Assembly: GCA_000934665.2 (NCBI GenBank)
Contig: KZ538494.1
Location: 186,001-222,101, forward strand
Direction of reading: 5' to 3'
Length of the DNA stretch: 36,101 bases
Source of the DNA: Catajapyx aquilonaris
Taxonomy: Eukaryota
The notes under the pieces were generated by a model. It did not search any database and was not told the DNA's origin. It saw nothing but the letters and a program-made list of their open reading frames with translations. Within the stretch, counting starts at the first letter, position 1; the number at the start of each line of letters is the position of its first letter. Positions 1 to 12,549 of this stretch are shown here, piece after piece. The translations under genes and the position numbers were made by a program.

Positions 1-107
1 TTGTTACGAGGCTGCGGAGACTCAACGACTCCTTCATAAAATGATCTTCTGGCTCACGCAGTAGTTTACTTTTGAAGTTTGTAGGAATCATTATGAAACA
101 TCATGTA
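1..107 (-). mobile_element. End of a Tc1/mariner-type element (TIR plus TA), same family as the element starting at 24780; continues off the left edge
   Basis: 77-107 GTTTGTAGGAATCATTATGAAACATCATGTA matches the reverse complement of 24778-24808 (GTTTGTCCGAATCATTATGAAACACCCTGTA) at 27/31 positions; patchy similarity continues to the window start; ends in TG followed by TA. Confidence 0.65.
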
Positions 108-279
108 GGCCTACGCCAAGAAATGTTTCAGACACATCCTAGCGCTGTGCATATTCAGCCACTTTATTACCTAGGGTTAAGGTTTGGCAAAAAAAAAAAA
201 ACACAGTAATTCAGCTAATTCTGAGCCCTGCTAATGTCCTTACCCAATTTCGGTTCATGTGAGTGCAACTGTTACACGG

Positions 280-720
280 GAACTGGAGACACCACAGCAT
301 GAAAAGTTTTTTCTAAACAGAGAAGGTAATTTTGCCATTAACCAAAGTGGAAGTCTTTATACAAAGATCCGCATGTCAACTAATTAACAAACTATTCTTC
401 CTGAGTCAACAATGAAGCGGGGTAGGATCTGCTCTATATTGAGCTGCATTCAGTGAAGTCAAACTTAAAATTCCTTCGATGTGTGATCAAAAAATGCAAC
501 GACAGATTGTTATTCTGAATTTCATATTCTCGCAAGGAATATCACTGATTTGGTTCAATTACTGCAATTGACTCCCTCGTTCTACCAGTGTCTTTTGCAG
601 CAGATTTGGCGGATGCTCTTTCACTAAAAGCTATAGTTCGTCAGTGGATTTTACGCAATTCAAACCCGACTTTTTGTTGAAAACCAATTTTTCATTGTGA
701 TTGGATAGTGCGCTTCAAGA
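280..720 (+). mobile_element. Possible highly decayed LINE (CR1/Jockey-like) ORF2 C-terminal remnant
   Basis: Broken frames read SLYTKIR, KFLRCVIKK, DLVQLLQLT and AADL in the order of the post-RT region of non-LTR elements (LY..VR, KFLR, Y..L..L.L..L..RR..ADL). Many stops and frameshifts; by-eye match only. Confidence 0.3.
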
Positions 721-1362
721 CAAAAACAATGAATGGAATCTGTAATAGCTACGCCGTATAGATTATACATGCACTGAACATGCTATACAATATTATTATT
801 TTCGATTATGAGTCCACTCTTCTCATTCCCGCTGGGATAATCTAGACTATACTGCATTTTTATAGATTTTACTAATATACGGTCCCTAATTATGTTTAGC
901 TTTGTTTACGATTCAGTGCAACATGAACCAACACGCACAGCATACAAAGCCATAAATGCAATCGTCCAGAAATATCGTTATGGCACTAAAAAAACTCCTT
1001 CAATCCTGTCAACAAAAAGCTAAACAGCCATATATACTAGAAGAGCGGAAGTCGTTGAGCAAACCGTCGAGTTTGAAAGCCCCTCTCTGTCTTTACTCTT
1101 TTTGAATGGGCCCCACCGCGCTATGATACCGAACAAATAACGCACTCGGATATGACTTAGGCTGATGAAAGTGTTTGTGGGCAAGTGGTGGTCGTGAAAA
1201 AAAAAGCAATGCCCCAGCATTTTTCCCCATCTCCATTTTTCCCCCTCCCCAACCCAGAACCGGAGCCGAGTTTTTGGAAGGCAGTGGAGGTTATTGCCAA
1301 CATTCCGCTCATGACGCGGCCGCGGGCTTGGCATAACCCCAGAAAAATCCGGCGCCAATATT

Positions 1363-1377
1363 CCCACCCACCCACCC
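1363..1377 (-). other. Perfect (GGGT)3GGG G-quadruplex motif
   Basis: Plus strand CCCACCCACCCACCC. Confidence 0.7.
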
Positions 1378-2102
1378 TTCCTATATATCCGACATTTTTT
1401 CGATTTTTCATTGATCCGAACTCCACACACACAAAAAAAAATCCTGAAGGAATAAAGTCCACCCTGGTGCCTTGATTGCACGGGTTTTCCTAAAGTGGCG
1501 ATCCCCTCCAGATGTAACCGACGTATATCTCTCCGCTAAAAACGTTTCCTATTATTACAGGTGCTCAGTACAACCGCAGCTTCCTAGCACATCGGAGTAC
1601 AAAAAAAGGGTCCCAAAAATTGTCCCGTGCGAGTTGAGATGGGCTGGAAAATTAGGTTAGTCGATCGATACGTGGCCCAGATAGGCTGAAAAACGTGGGA
1701 TAAACAGAGAAGTGGAAGCGGGTATATGGGATAGTTCCCCCCCCCCCCACCCTCCGCACCTGACTCTAACTCGAATAACACATCCATGTACGCCTCTCCA
1801 CTGCGGTTTTGTGAGCTCCTGGATTGAATTTGCACACAACATCGGTTGTGTTATCGTCAGCCCCGCAAATTCATTTCCCGCTATTCTGCCTTTGAAGGAC
1901 GGTTGTGGTCCTCTCGTTGACTCGCTTTCCCAGGGATTCGATCTGAAATAATTGGCCAAATCGGGTCGTCCATCTAATCTGTCACATTATTGTACATTGC
2001 TGTCATACTCGTAGGGATAATACTGGGTACTTATTTTCATGCTGCCAATTACGGGACTTATTCCTAAAGCCTATCGGATCATTCATCATTACTTTTTTTC
2101 AG

Positions 2103-2253
2103 GACGCGGTTGATAAAAAAAAACAGCCGGCATGTTTTGGAAAAATGGAACCTTCGCATTTAGAAGTCGTGGGACGGTGACAGTTTTGATGGTCCGAATT
2201 TTATGCAGGGGTATGGAACATGCAGGCTTTAATTAAAAATTTCAGACAAACTG
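2103..2253 (+). other. Candidate non-coding exon (151 nt)
   Basis: Acceptor ACTTTTTTTCAG ends at 2102; donor CTG|GTAAGT at 2254-2259; stops in all three frames. Confidence 0.2.
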
Positions 2254-3039
2254 GTAAGTGCAGCAGAAAGTATTTCAGCTCATTAGTGAGCCTGCAGCAG
2301 AATATGAAAGGATCCTCTTTTCATGTATTACAATTGCCTTGTACAAAAAAGCGAAGGGTTGCTAGCAAAATATTTTGACGTCAACGTGGCATTTTTGAAA
2401 TCAGATACGGTACTTCACAGTGCAGTCTACAGCTAGAGCCTAGAGGCATTTCCTGCAGATAACACAACCCCTTCTGCTGTACGGTGCCATGGCCAGTGTG
2501 ATTTTCCCCTAATCATTACAACTCGTGGAAATATGACCAACATAAAATCCCTGTCGCATATGGCAATGACTATACTAAAGACACTGAAGAAAATATAATC
2601 CGTCTATTCAATTTAATCAAGGTTCTGTGTTCGATATTTTATGGATAAATAACTACTGACATTTGGTTCTTTGTTCCAAATATCCTAACAAAAATATTGT
2701 AAATGGGTTTACCCTGTAAATTCACATTATTGTTGTTGTTAGCAGCAACAGTATCAGCACTGAGCCGCAGCAGCATTACTAGCACTATTAGGATTTTCAT
2801 CAACGTTGGTATGCTGTAAAGTTGAAAATAACATTCTCATTGACAGTTTGCTTTAAATATCACAATGGTATTACAGTGCATTTAAATTCCACGCGATTTG
2901 CCCTCGAGCGTGGTGCAGAATAATCCCACTGGCAGGCTGCAGTTATTGGCATAGCTTAGTCCTAGATCTACTCTATAAGAGCATCCAGATTTGCTGGAAT
3001 ATTGATAAGCTGGCTGCACAAAACTGGAGGCAAAATAAG

Positions 3040-3570
3040 CACAGTCATGAAAACTGATGGGGTGAAGGTGAATATTTACAGACTAGTTTCAAATAGAGCA
3101 ATAACCGTAAGTGTAATAATACATCAGTTTGAATTGCAATGAAATTGATGAAGTAATACTAGGTTCAAGCCTATAAAAAATTCACCAAAGCTGCATTGCT
3201 TTGCGGTAGAAAAACACGGCAATAATACTTCTAGGGCCAGAAATAGCTCGTTTCTTTTTGGCACTAATTATGCACCACCAAACCTTTGATGCATAAAAGA
3301 TCAAATGCAATGTGCAGTGACTCAATCTTTCACTAGAACTAGGGCTACATTCAATCAAAATACAACACATCCTGAAAGGCCCATTACACAGTGTCAATTA
3401 CAGTATCGTTTTCAACACAGAACCCTCCAGTGGCTTGAGAACAACTTACTCCTGCTTCCGGATGAGTTAATTTGTACAATAGAGTCATCTGCAAACTAAC
3501 GAATTTAGTCCTGGAACCCCAGAGCATATCATTCAGATTTTCCAACATGAATGACACTTCTATGATTCGT
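3040..3570 (-). mobile_element. Decayed LINE reverse transcriptase fragment
   Basis: Minus strand reads FMLENLNDM, then (frameshift) R*FADDSIVQINS with FADD at 3484-3495, later RKAMQLW*IFYR and KLMYYYT. This follows the non-LTR RT pattern F..YINDL...RLFADD...KA.R.LGFI.R...LY. Confidence 0.55.
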
Positions 3571-5519
3571 ATCTGATTGTTAGTAAAATTGCAAAATTGC
3601 CAAGTCACCGTATAGCATGTGGAATGTTTTTGTGAATCCTATATCGTGTTACATTTTTAGCATGAATCTGTAAGTATGATTGCAATTTTTGTGAAGTGAA
3701 TACTTACGCAGTCTGTCTAATATTACATAGTGATTATCAACTAAAAAATTAACATGCACAGTCAATCTGATTCCATTTAGTATGACCAGACATGACCAAA
3801 AGGTTTTCTTTAGATGCCACAAGTATCGGCGTCAATGGCCTGACACATAAGCCAAAGACCAGTATAATTCCCACTTACACAACTTGTCAGAATCAACTGC
3901 GAAAAATCACCGAGTGAAAAATTTGCGCCGAGTTGACGGCAGTGTCCCCGACGTGATGTTATAGTTTGGCTTGCAAAAGGGGCTGCATTATTTGTTCCCT
4001 CTGTTGTTGATGTGAAGTATAAAAAGGGGGCAATCTATCATAGGCCAGCCCGCCTCCTTTCAAAATGAACATTGAAAAAGAGCAGGTTGAGAGTTGAAGG
4101 GAGTGGGTGGGATCATTATTCACAATCCGGCCGCTCTGACAAATTGATTTTATAAATACTGCACACTCAAGAGCACCCCCTTCCTTCCAAACACACGCAC
4201 ACGTAAGCAGCAAGTGCGTTACATTGCACGTGACACAAATACTGTATACAGTACTGTGTAATTTTGCCCCTGTGTGTTAGGCTTCCTATTGTGCAAGCGG
4301 GCCACATGGGAAGCCCTCGAAAGTCAGGATGAACTGTTTATAATTGAAAAAAATGTCCTAAATCTAGCAAAAAATATCAGTTAAATATATATAAAAAAAG
4401 AAAATCAGTAAGAGAGAGTAATGTATCGTAAGCTGTGATTTATGACAGTTATTCTATAAGTTCGCTAAGAAAGAACATTAAGTACGGATTTCCAATAAGA
4501 TAGCAGTGACGTGTAAAAAGTACCAGGTACAAAAAAATGGGGGGTCGGCTAGAAATACTGCACGTAATTATATCTCTCGTCATGATCTTAGGTAACTTTT
4601 CCCCGCTAGCTTTTATGATTGTGTCATATTAAGTACCCACTAAATTTCGACTTCACTGCGCTATTAAAATTTCACATGGGGTTTTTGCCGGCCTTTCCTT
4701 CATCCCTTTATATTCCCTCTCCACATCTCTCATACATTTCCTCCCCAATCACCGCCCACACACGTGAAATGTACGGAAGGACCGAGGGAGTTGGGGGGGA
4801 AAAGAAGTGTGACTGTTGGCCACGCAATCTGGTTTATTAAGGACAGTTGTTTTTCACGCCATCTGTTCATCGAATGGAACTCAATGTGATCGTTATTGTC
4901 ACCTCAAAGTGTCAATCTGGGCACGTCAAGACGTTGAAGGGGATACTTTAATTTTGCCGAAAGGCACGAAACATTTTATTAATACCTTTACTTCATGGGC
5001 ACACGTGTCAAGTATTTTCAGCTGTAATGGACAGTTCCGTGTTAAACTGCCCAAAATTCATAATAAGAGAGAGAGGATGTGAGCCGCGCTCAAATTTAGA
5101 TGGGGGGTAAAATGGCGTATTTTCAGCAGCGTGGAATACGAGGTGAAAAGCTCCATTTCAAACTGCCAAATCAATCATGTCCGAGCAGGAATATTAGCCT
5201 GACCACATGAAAATCTGCCCTCGTTGATTGACGTCTGGTCCAGATTTTTTTAAATTACCTATCTAATCAGGAGGGGGACACCTAGTGGACAAGCCCTGGA
5301 TGTGGATCAAATTATTATGTGAGCAGGTTAATTTAGCAGAAACGTCACATCTACTCCTGTTGTTATAGGGCTAAGCCTGGGAGTGCTTGATCAATAGTTA
5401 ACCCCGAACGAGTGCAAGTGGTTGGAGCCTCATTTTTTAATTCTTTATATTAATAATATAACCAACAATTGATATTGAATGAATAGGGTACATTGTACGG
5501 TACGTACTTAAATCTACGT

Positions 5520-5720
5520 GACATTGTCTGTCAATTTGCATAACATTTCTAAATTGTTGTTACATGATTCACTTTTTTCAACTGAGGCTTATATCATTGC
5601 CTGTATCTCACTTAGCATCCTCTCATTTGCTATAGTAACTGTCTCTCATCAGTATTAAAGACGTTACCATTTCTATGACTTGAATCGCTCGTTACACTCG
5701 TCAGATGAATGCTATCAGAC
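5520..5720 (-). mobile_element. Possible RTE-like LINE remnant
   Basis: Broken minus frames IQVIEM, IANERMLSEI and RNVMQID resemble the RTE C-terminal pattern I.AFEM..NEEVL..GHVMRM; by eye only. Confidence 0.2.
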
Positions 5721-6450
5721 TGTTTATAGCTAGTGAATTGTCCAAGAAAAATTGGAATCATGCTATCACATCATTAAGCAGACACGAGTTGTAAAATAAA
5801 TGACCCGATTTAATATCCTATTTTGCATGTTTAGTACATAGGGGCCTTCATTATTATTGCCCTTCCCTTAAAAAACAAGGGTGCAATTGAGATATTTCTG
5901 ATTGAGACACTTTCGTGTCTTGCATTTTTAGAACTGTCATCAAAATCAAACTTTTTCCTCGAGTAGGCCTATATGTGTAATTTATCAACGCACCGATACG
6001 CCCTCATTTAAGAGTTTAGCAAAAAAATCTAATCCATTATCCTTACATATTTAATGATCTTTAAACAATACAGACTACTCGTAAAGGATCATATAGGCCC
6101 AGCACACATATTCGCGTAACCATATTTGCACATTCACCTCAATCGACCTGTTGATTGAAATGGTCATATTGACCATGTTGACGTCGCGAGTTAAGCCCAC
6201 GAGTGCTCTTAACAAGCACTTGTGTTAGAAAAACATATGGACTGAAGGACACGCTGTTCAGAAAAAACAAACTTGTCAAGGCAATGTGGTGAACTAGCTT
6301 GTCATACACGTACTTGCAACTCTTCTCTGTGTTTGACAAGCAAAAATCAACAAAAGTTTTTTTTTATATTTTTAACCAACCATACACGTTGCACATAACG
6401 AGTAGAGTCGGCCTAAACTAAGTCTGAGCATCTTTCTTGGTTTCCTTCAG

Positions 6451-6537
6451 GCAAGCCACAGAGGATAAAGAGACGCAATCAGAAAGGACAAAGAAAGTGT
6501 CCCACAATGTCAAGCAGTTTTTCTTCCCTGAAGGCAG
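6451..6537 (+). other. Candidate 87-nt frame-preserving cassette exon
   Basis: Acceptor TCTTTCTTGGTTTCCTTCAG ends at 6450 with branch-like CTAAAC/CTAAG about 30-38 nt upstream; weak donor CAG|GTAGAT at 6538; purine-rich; open in two frames (e.g. QATEDKETQSERTKKVSHNVKQFFFPEG). No recognisable domain. Confidence 0.2.
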
Positions 6538-9500
6538 GTAGATAGTGAGGGAGCGTGCAAATGTGCCCGGGTTTCACTGCCAGTTGCGCCCAGTTATCAA
6601 AGCGTGATTGCTAACCAAATTAGCCCCTGTTTCCTTTCGCCGGCTGTGCAAATTTGCTCTGTGCCCCAGAGCAGCGCCGGGATAAACCTAGCGATTAAAC
6701 CCTCCCTCCCAGACCATCCTCCTTCCCTCCCCTCCCCCGTCCTGCTCTCCCTTTTTTGCAATTTTTTTCCCCTCTCTTCGCCAGTCTAGTCAAGTTAGTG
6801 TGTCATATACTCCTCCCCTCTTGACTTATTTATACTTTCTTTCAAGCAGTAAACTCAGCTAGGGTTACTGAAAGACATGAAGGTTCCCTTTGTGCACATT
6901 ACAACCCAGTTAACATATTCAGCAGGATGTTGCATTCCAGGACGGGTTATATGCTATAAACTTAAAGTGGAAAAGGAATCTGATTAATATGGACTTACTG
7001 TTTAGTAAATGTTCCATGCCATATCAGAAATCGCATAACAATCACTATATTACCGCGACATAAATCGAGAATGAAATTGTACCATATGCAGCGTCAAAGA
7101 TAAAGTTACCTTTAAGTTACAATCATCGGTTTTCAATTTCTACAGTAATATTTTTACCCGCTGCTGACGCTATAGGCTGCATGATGAAGATGGCAGCATT
7201 TAATTTGCAGTCCTCAGCTTCAGTAAAGAGCATGATGAACGTGCATTAATACTGGGGCTCAGCCCACAGTACCAAACAAAAACTTTTCATTTCCCTTCAG
7301 TGTACAGGGCCCAATTAGGACATAATGGCTCCGTTCATTGTCCTGATGATTTGTTTTTGCCAGACGGACTACGCTGACAAAGACTGGAGTACTGCGCAGG
7401 GTATATAGTACTGTATAATTCATTTCTTCAATTCCCGAATGTCGTTGGACAAACCAATTAGCAATTGAAGGAAAAATAAATACAGCGAGAACAGCTTTTG
7501 GTGTCACTATACCAACATGACAAACTGTTGGCACAAAGGGGGACCATTACTGCAGGTGTTGCGCAAACTGATCATCAATGCGAGTACAGTATCCCTTTTC
7601 TAAAATCGGAATGGGACTCGTGAACGCCGTAACTTATTTGGAAACTCGCCCACCCTAATTACGAAGACGCTTAAGTACTGTAGATCGCGTCTCCTCTAAT
7701 TAAAATTTTGAGAATGAAGTAGCTCACATTTGACGCTCTAAGCTCAAATAAAAAGCGATTGCAATGTACTAAGCACTGTACAGTACAATCAGAGCACAAA
7801 TGAAAATAAAAAGATTAACTGCTAAAGTTCCCCATCCACTCTTCATCACACTAAAGGTCACTAAAATGTAGCATGCAGTAAGAAGTATTAAAGCATTCAC
7901 GTTTTCTCATAAAAATTTAACGCGGGCAAACACTGTCTGAATTGTTATACAATGACATTATTCAAAATGATATAATTACACTCTTAAGCAACATGAATTT
8001 GCAATAATTACTTGTGTTGCTTGTGTCATTTGCTAGTTATTGAAAACTGGACTTTCCTCGCACTGCAGAAGACTGTGCATGATGGTATATAGCTATATGC
8101 TATCGACGGTTCATTATTTGCACATTTGTTCCCACCAATGAAAACTCGTGGGAAAAATGATTTTAATGCAAACAAGCCTGCATAATATGAGGATTTATGA
8201 GAGTATAATGTATCAGGACGGGGAGCCCAGCCATGTAGGCTATTACTCTTTAGCTGTTCCAAAAATCATAAAAAAATGAATGTCATTAATTCAAAATAGC
8301 TCGTGGCAGTAAAGGGCCGGTGACGTTGTCGTTTTCAAGGATTAGTGCCAACTTGGAAAAAAATCAATTTGACTTTTAATAAGGTCATTCCGAGAATTAA
8401 ATTCGTCGCTACCAAGTCCCAGTTATGTCGTGGAGTTCCCACATAGGCCTGCAGGGATTTTAACTAGCTCTCAGACCAAGTGGTGTCATAGCTATACTGT
8501 ATATGACAGGTCCCCTACGTTATGAGTAGAATCTCGACCACATCTCAACCTTTCTTCCTGCAGTATTGCTGTCAAAAATATTGGTATCCTGGAGCCATAC
8601 AACCATTATGAACACGCTATAAAGGCTTTCTGTGCTGGGCCATGTCCAACACGTTATTTGACATAGCACAATACACAGTCACTACTAACTTATGAGAAAG
8701 CATCCCTAACTGCTAAACATACATTATCCTTCATAAATCAAGGCACGCTACACCCAACTCGTATTTGCCCTACCACATTTTTGGATGGCTCAGATAAAAA
8801 CACTATTCAAAGGCGGCATGTTTGCAATAAGAGAGCAGAGACTCGCATTATAATGTCTATGTCCATAAATAAATATTGGTCCCCGGCAATTTCCTTCCAT
8901 AATTTCCATCGGACGACGCGTCATGAGTGCCAGAAAAAGGTATGATTAAATGGGCAGACATTATCTCTTCGTGCATCTTGGTTTGACACGATACCTTTTA
9001 CTTGTAATTTGTTGGCTGGCATGCAAAGCCAATTGGGGAGGATAAACCAAGTTTAAGCCCGCCTCCGTTGCCAAGTAGAATAGTGCACCGGCCGCGACGA
9101 GGCTTTAGTTGAGTCCTTGCCAGCAGCGCTTAATTAAAGGCCCAAAGAGCACACGTCCTCGCCTTCATTTTGCATGAGCCAAGCGCGCGTTTTAATGGAA
9201 GGCGCGCCCTCTTTTCATCAAAATGCAACAATGCAAGCCTCACCCCCCTCCATCCTCCGTCCCCCACCACCCTGCCTCCCCATACTTGTTAGGACTGAGA
9301 TATCTGCTCGTTCCTTCCAGGATAATCTCCTTTGCCTTCTTCATTATCCCTTCTTTAATACACTCTCTCAAATACCGGGGGCCCCAGTAATTTATGCTCT
9401 CGCTTGTCCAAACCTTGCTATATTGCACTTCATACAAGGCACTGCAGCCCAGAAATGTTAGCAACGTGGAATACATAGAATGCTCTACGTGGTCGCCATC

Positions 9501-10438
9501 TAGATAGTTGGAGCATCCAAGCCTGAAGTAACGGAATGTAGTGCAGCAAATGAGTATCCTACTGCTTTTGGAGTGATAATAAAGGTTTCATCAATGAGAA
9601 TTCATGTTGTAGGCTATACTACAGTGCATGCTCGTATGCCTCCAAAAGCACTCGAGTAAGGTCAAACAGTTTAATTTTTTCCTTAACTTTATCCATGCTA
9701 GAGGGCTGATTGGCCGATGCTTCTTTTATGACTGTAAGTACTGTACATTGCCACCAGAAATTCACTTGATCACATAAAAACGAGAAGAGGACCACAAGTT
9801 TTTACCAGCAGTTTGGAATGCCATTGAAAAGGACAGTTGCTAAACATCACTCCAAATAAAAAATTTCATCGTCGAATTTTTCTAATTATTATTTACAGCA
9901 CACACTGTAACCTGGCAAGCCCATGAAGTTTAGGGCTACCGTGCAAAGCTACGGCCTCACTTATTGCCTCACCTAATTCAGGAGCAAATTCTTCCCCAAA
10001 ACTACAGCCTCGCAGCTCCTCCCAACAGCTCAACACCCCCCAACAGTTTAACCGCCTTCAAAAAAGATGGCCCCCGAGACTGCGGCAAAGAAGATATAGT
10101 AACTACCCCCGACAGCATCTTATTCTCCCTCAGAAGGCAGCAGGCAGGGTGTAAGAATCCCAGCTGCGAGACCAGATTATGATCAGTGTTGAATACGTAA
10201 GCCTCCCCCGAAGTCATCGTGATTCAGTGTCGGCAATTGACTCGGATGCATATTGATGAAGTGGCCTGACCACATTACGTAGTCCGGCATGTCTGGATGC
10301 AACCCGCGGTAATAGAGCGCGCACAGTCTGGGACGAAGACGTATTCAGGACTCAAATTGGGTGTGGGCGTAGAATAAAGTCGAGGCTGGAGAAGGTTTGA
10401 GGGGAGGTGGGGGGTACGTAGGGGGGGGGGGGGGGGGT

Positions 10439-10721
10439 NNNNNNNNNNNNNNNNNNNNNNNNNNNNNNNNNNNNNNNNNNNNNNNNNNNNNNNNNNNNNN
10501 NNNNNNNNNNNNNNNNNNNNNNNNNNNNNNNNNNNNNNNNNNNNNNNNNNNNNNNNNNNNNNNNNNNNNNNNNNNNNNNNNNNNNNNNNNNNNNNNNNNN
10601 NNNNNNNNNNNNNNNNNNNNNNNNNNNNNNNNNNNNNNNNNNNNNNNNNNNNNNNNNNNNNNNNNNNNNNNNNNNNNNNNNNNNNNNNNNNNNNNNNNNN
10701 NNNNNNNNNNNNNNNNNNNNN
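10439..10721. other. Assembly gap (283 N) flanked by G runs
   Basis: Run of n preceded by a long G run and followed by GGGGGG. Confidence 0.99.
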
Positions 10722-10749
10722 GGGGGGTTGCTCATTCCCCGGGGCATTA

Positions 10750-10869
10750 ACTCACCTATTGGAGAGTCGAAAAATGTGACCGGCTCGCCAATCTTGCGCG
10801 TGAGCTGATGCTGGCAAACTTTCGGAGACTCTTGTCATGCATGAAATGAGCCGAATAATGAACCGGAGA
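10750..10869 (-). other. Candidate 114-nt exon (10869-10756) ending at an AG|GTGAGT junction that is itself preceded by a pyrimidine tract
   Basis: Minus strand: pyrimidine tract of about 50 nt (plus 10880-10929 is purine-rich) then GGCTCCAG acceptor (AG at 10871-10870); ends ATTTTTCGACTCTCCAATAG|GTGAGT (GT at 10755-10754). One frame is open throughout; another ends in TAG at the junction. Confidence 0.35.
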
Positions 10870-12508
10870 CTGGAGCCAAGAGGAAGAAAAAAAGGAAAAG
10901 AAAGAAGCGAAGGAGGAGAAGAAAAAAAATCAACTCGCGAGGCAATTTCTGTTTCATCCATCTCATTGTAATTGCAAATATAGAAATAAAGAACGGCATG
11001 CAAATGAGCGCTTGTAGTACAAGAGCTTTCCAAATGGAAACGCGACGTTTGGACCACTTTTATTCTAATCACAAACTGCCCGTTTGTCTCTCGCCAGACT
11101 TGAGGGAAGGGAAAAAAAAAATCTCTTTGAGCAAATACAGCCAAGCAGTCTGAGATTTCCAGCGCTCTTTTTATCATTATCAAAGCTTCGGCCGTGCATA
11201 ACTATGACGGAGGAGTTTTCTTTTTCTGCTGGCAAAAGAGGAGCGAGGTTGGTGCTGCACTAATAATGCAGAGGCATAAAGCTACTGTATTAAACTAAGG
11301 CAAAATTTTTAGAATTAATTACTTGCACGGCATAATGGCCACTGTGAGCCTGGGACCGGACACAACCGGCGCTCATAAAACACCAGCGGGGAAAAATTAC
11401 GTGTAAGGAAGCTTGCGTGTGCAGGGTGATTCAGTGAATCCCTGCAAACTGCTACAATTTCACGATATATTAGCACACCAAACTAATCAGAATTCACAGT
11501 CTTAACACCACGCATTACTGACGTAATAAGATATTACTCTGCACTGTGTCCTTATGACTTATGCCTCACTTGTCCTGCAATGAAGACCTGCAATGCAGTG
11601 GCCTTTCTGATTGTCAAATTCTGACAGAAAAATAGGTCGGTCTGATCAGGGTCACCTTTTGCGACCACTTTTTGCTGGGTCCCCACTACTTTGCCATTCT
11701 TCAACGTTCTCCAAGATGGCGTCACAATACCCCTGCAGAATTTTCTCCAAACTCTCTCGAATTACATAGGACCTGGTTGATGCTTAAACTTTTAACTGCT
11801 CGCGTTTTTTTTTTCTTCTGAAAATGAAGTTTCAACGTTCCTTATCCCAGCGTACCGCCACCTCCCATGAGAGAAGAGGGGAAAGGAAGGGAAATGGTGC
11901 GTGTGGGAAGGTCCCAGAGAGAGGGAATGACAAAGAAGAAAAGTGAAAGGCAGGAGAGAAAGAAATAGAAAAAAAAACGTCCGTCGTTTCTTCCCATTCT
12001 GTCCCATGTTAAATTCAGTGCACGTGTAGAAATTTTCTGGTCTTCTCTCGGAAACATTCCCATGAGTGTGATTTAAAATAAGGTCTCCCACATTTCGTAT
12101 GGAAAACCAAAACAGCCGCTCCATTTGTCAACAAACCTGCATATAAATAACGGCAGACACATTCCCCCAAATGTGTGACGGCAGTTGTGAGGCGGACAAT
12201 CTGAACAACAGATGGAGCCCCTGCAAAGTTCAAAATAATAACCTGCATAGCGAACCTCGAGCCTGCTCGTAATGTTGAAGACTATACGTAGAAAATGTCT
12301 GTGAATTCATTCCAGTAAAGTGAAATAACTTTAGAGCATATAAACAATCAATTCTTTGTTAAAATGTTCCTATTGCGCTTCCATATGTACAGTACTGGCA
12401 GCGCTCCTTGCGGGAGAAGAAGTCACCCCTATGACAGTACGACAATCTTTTTGCGGTTCATAGCACAAATAGCAACGAAACCTTTGAAATTGAACCGAGG
12501 TATCTGAA

Positions 12509-12549
12509 CAGAAATGCTTTCAACCTTCAGAAATGCTTCCAACCTTCAG
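12509..12549. repeat. 19-bp tandem duplication
   Basis: CAGAAATGCTTTCAACCTT / CAGAAATGCTTCCAACCTT / CAG; one mismatch. Confidence 0.85.

Noticed and set aside
8129..8154. Paired Su(H)/CSL-like sites TTCCCAC...CGTGGGAA
   Set aside because: Orientation is opposite to a canonical SPS pair, spacing is shorter and the first site is imperfect.
8585..8680. RTE-like peptide RLSVLGHVQH (and LENRIAWRAF near 35130)
   Set aside because: Too short to support a call without a database search; possibly more LINE debris.
9964..10182. 72-aa ORF with GTAAGA at 10151 and three CCC(A/G)ACAG motifs
   Set aside because: No convincing acceptor or ATG start, poor donor context and no recognisable protein.
10352..10750. 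ORFs spanning the N run
   Set aside because: Artefacts of the assembly gap.
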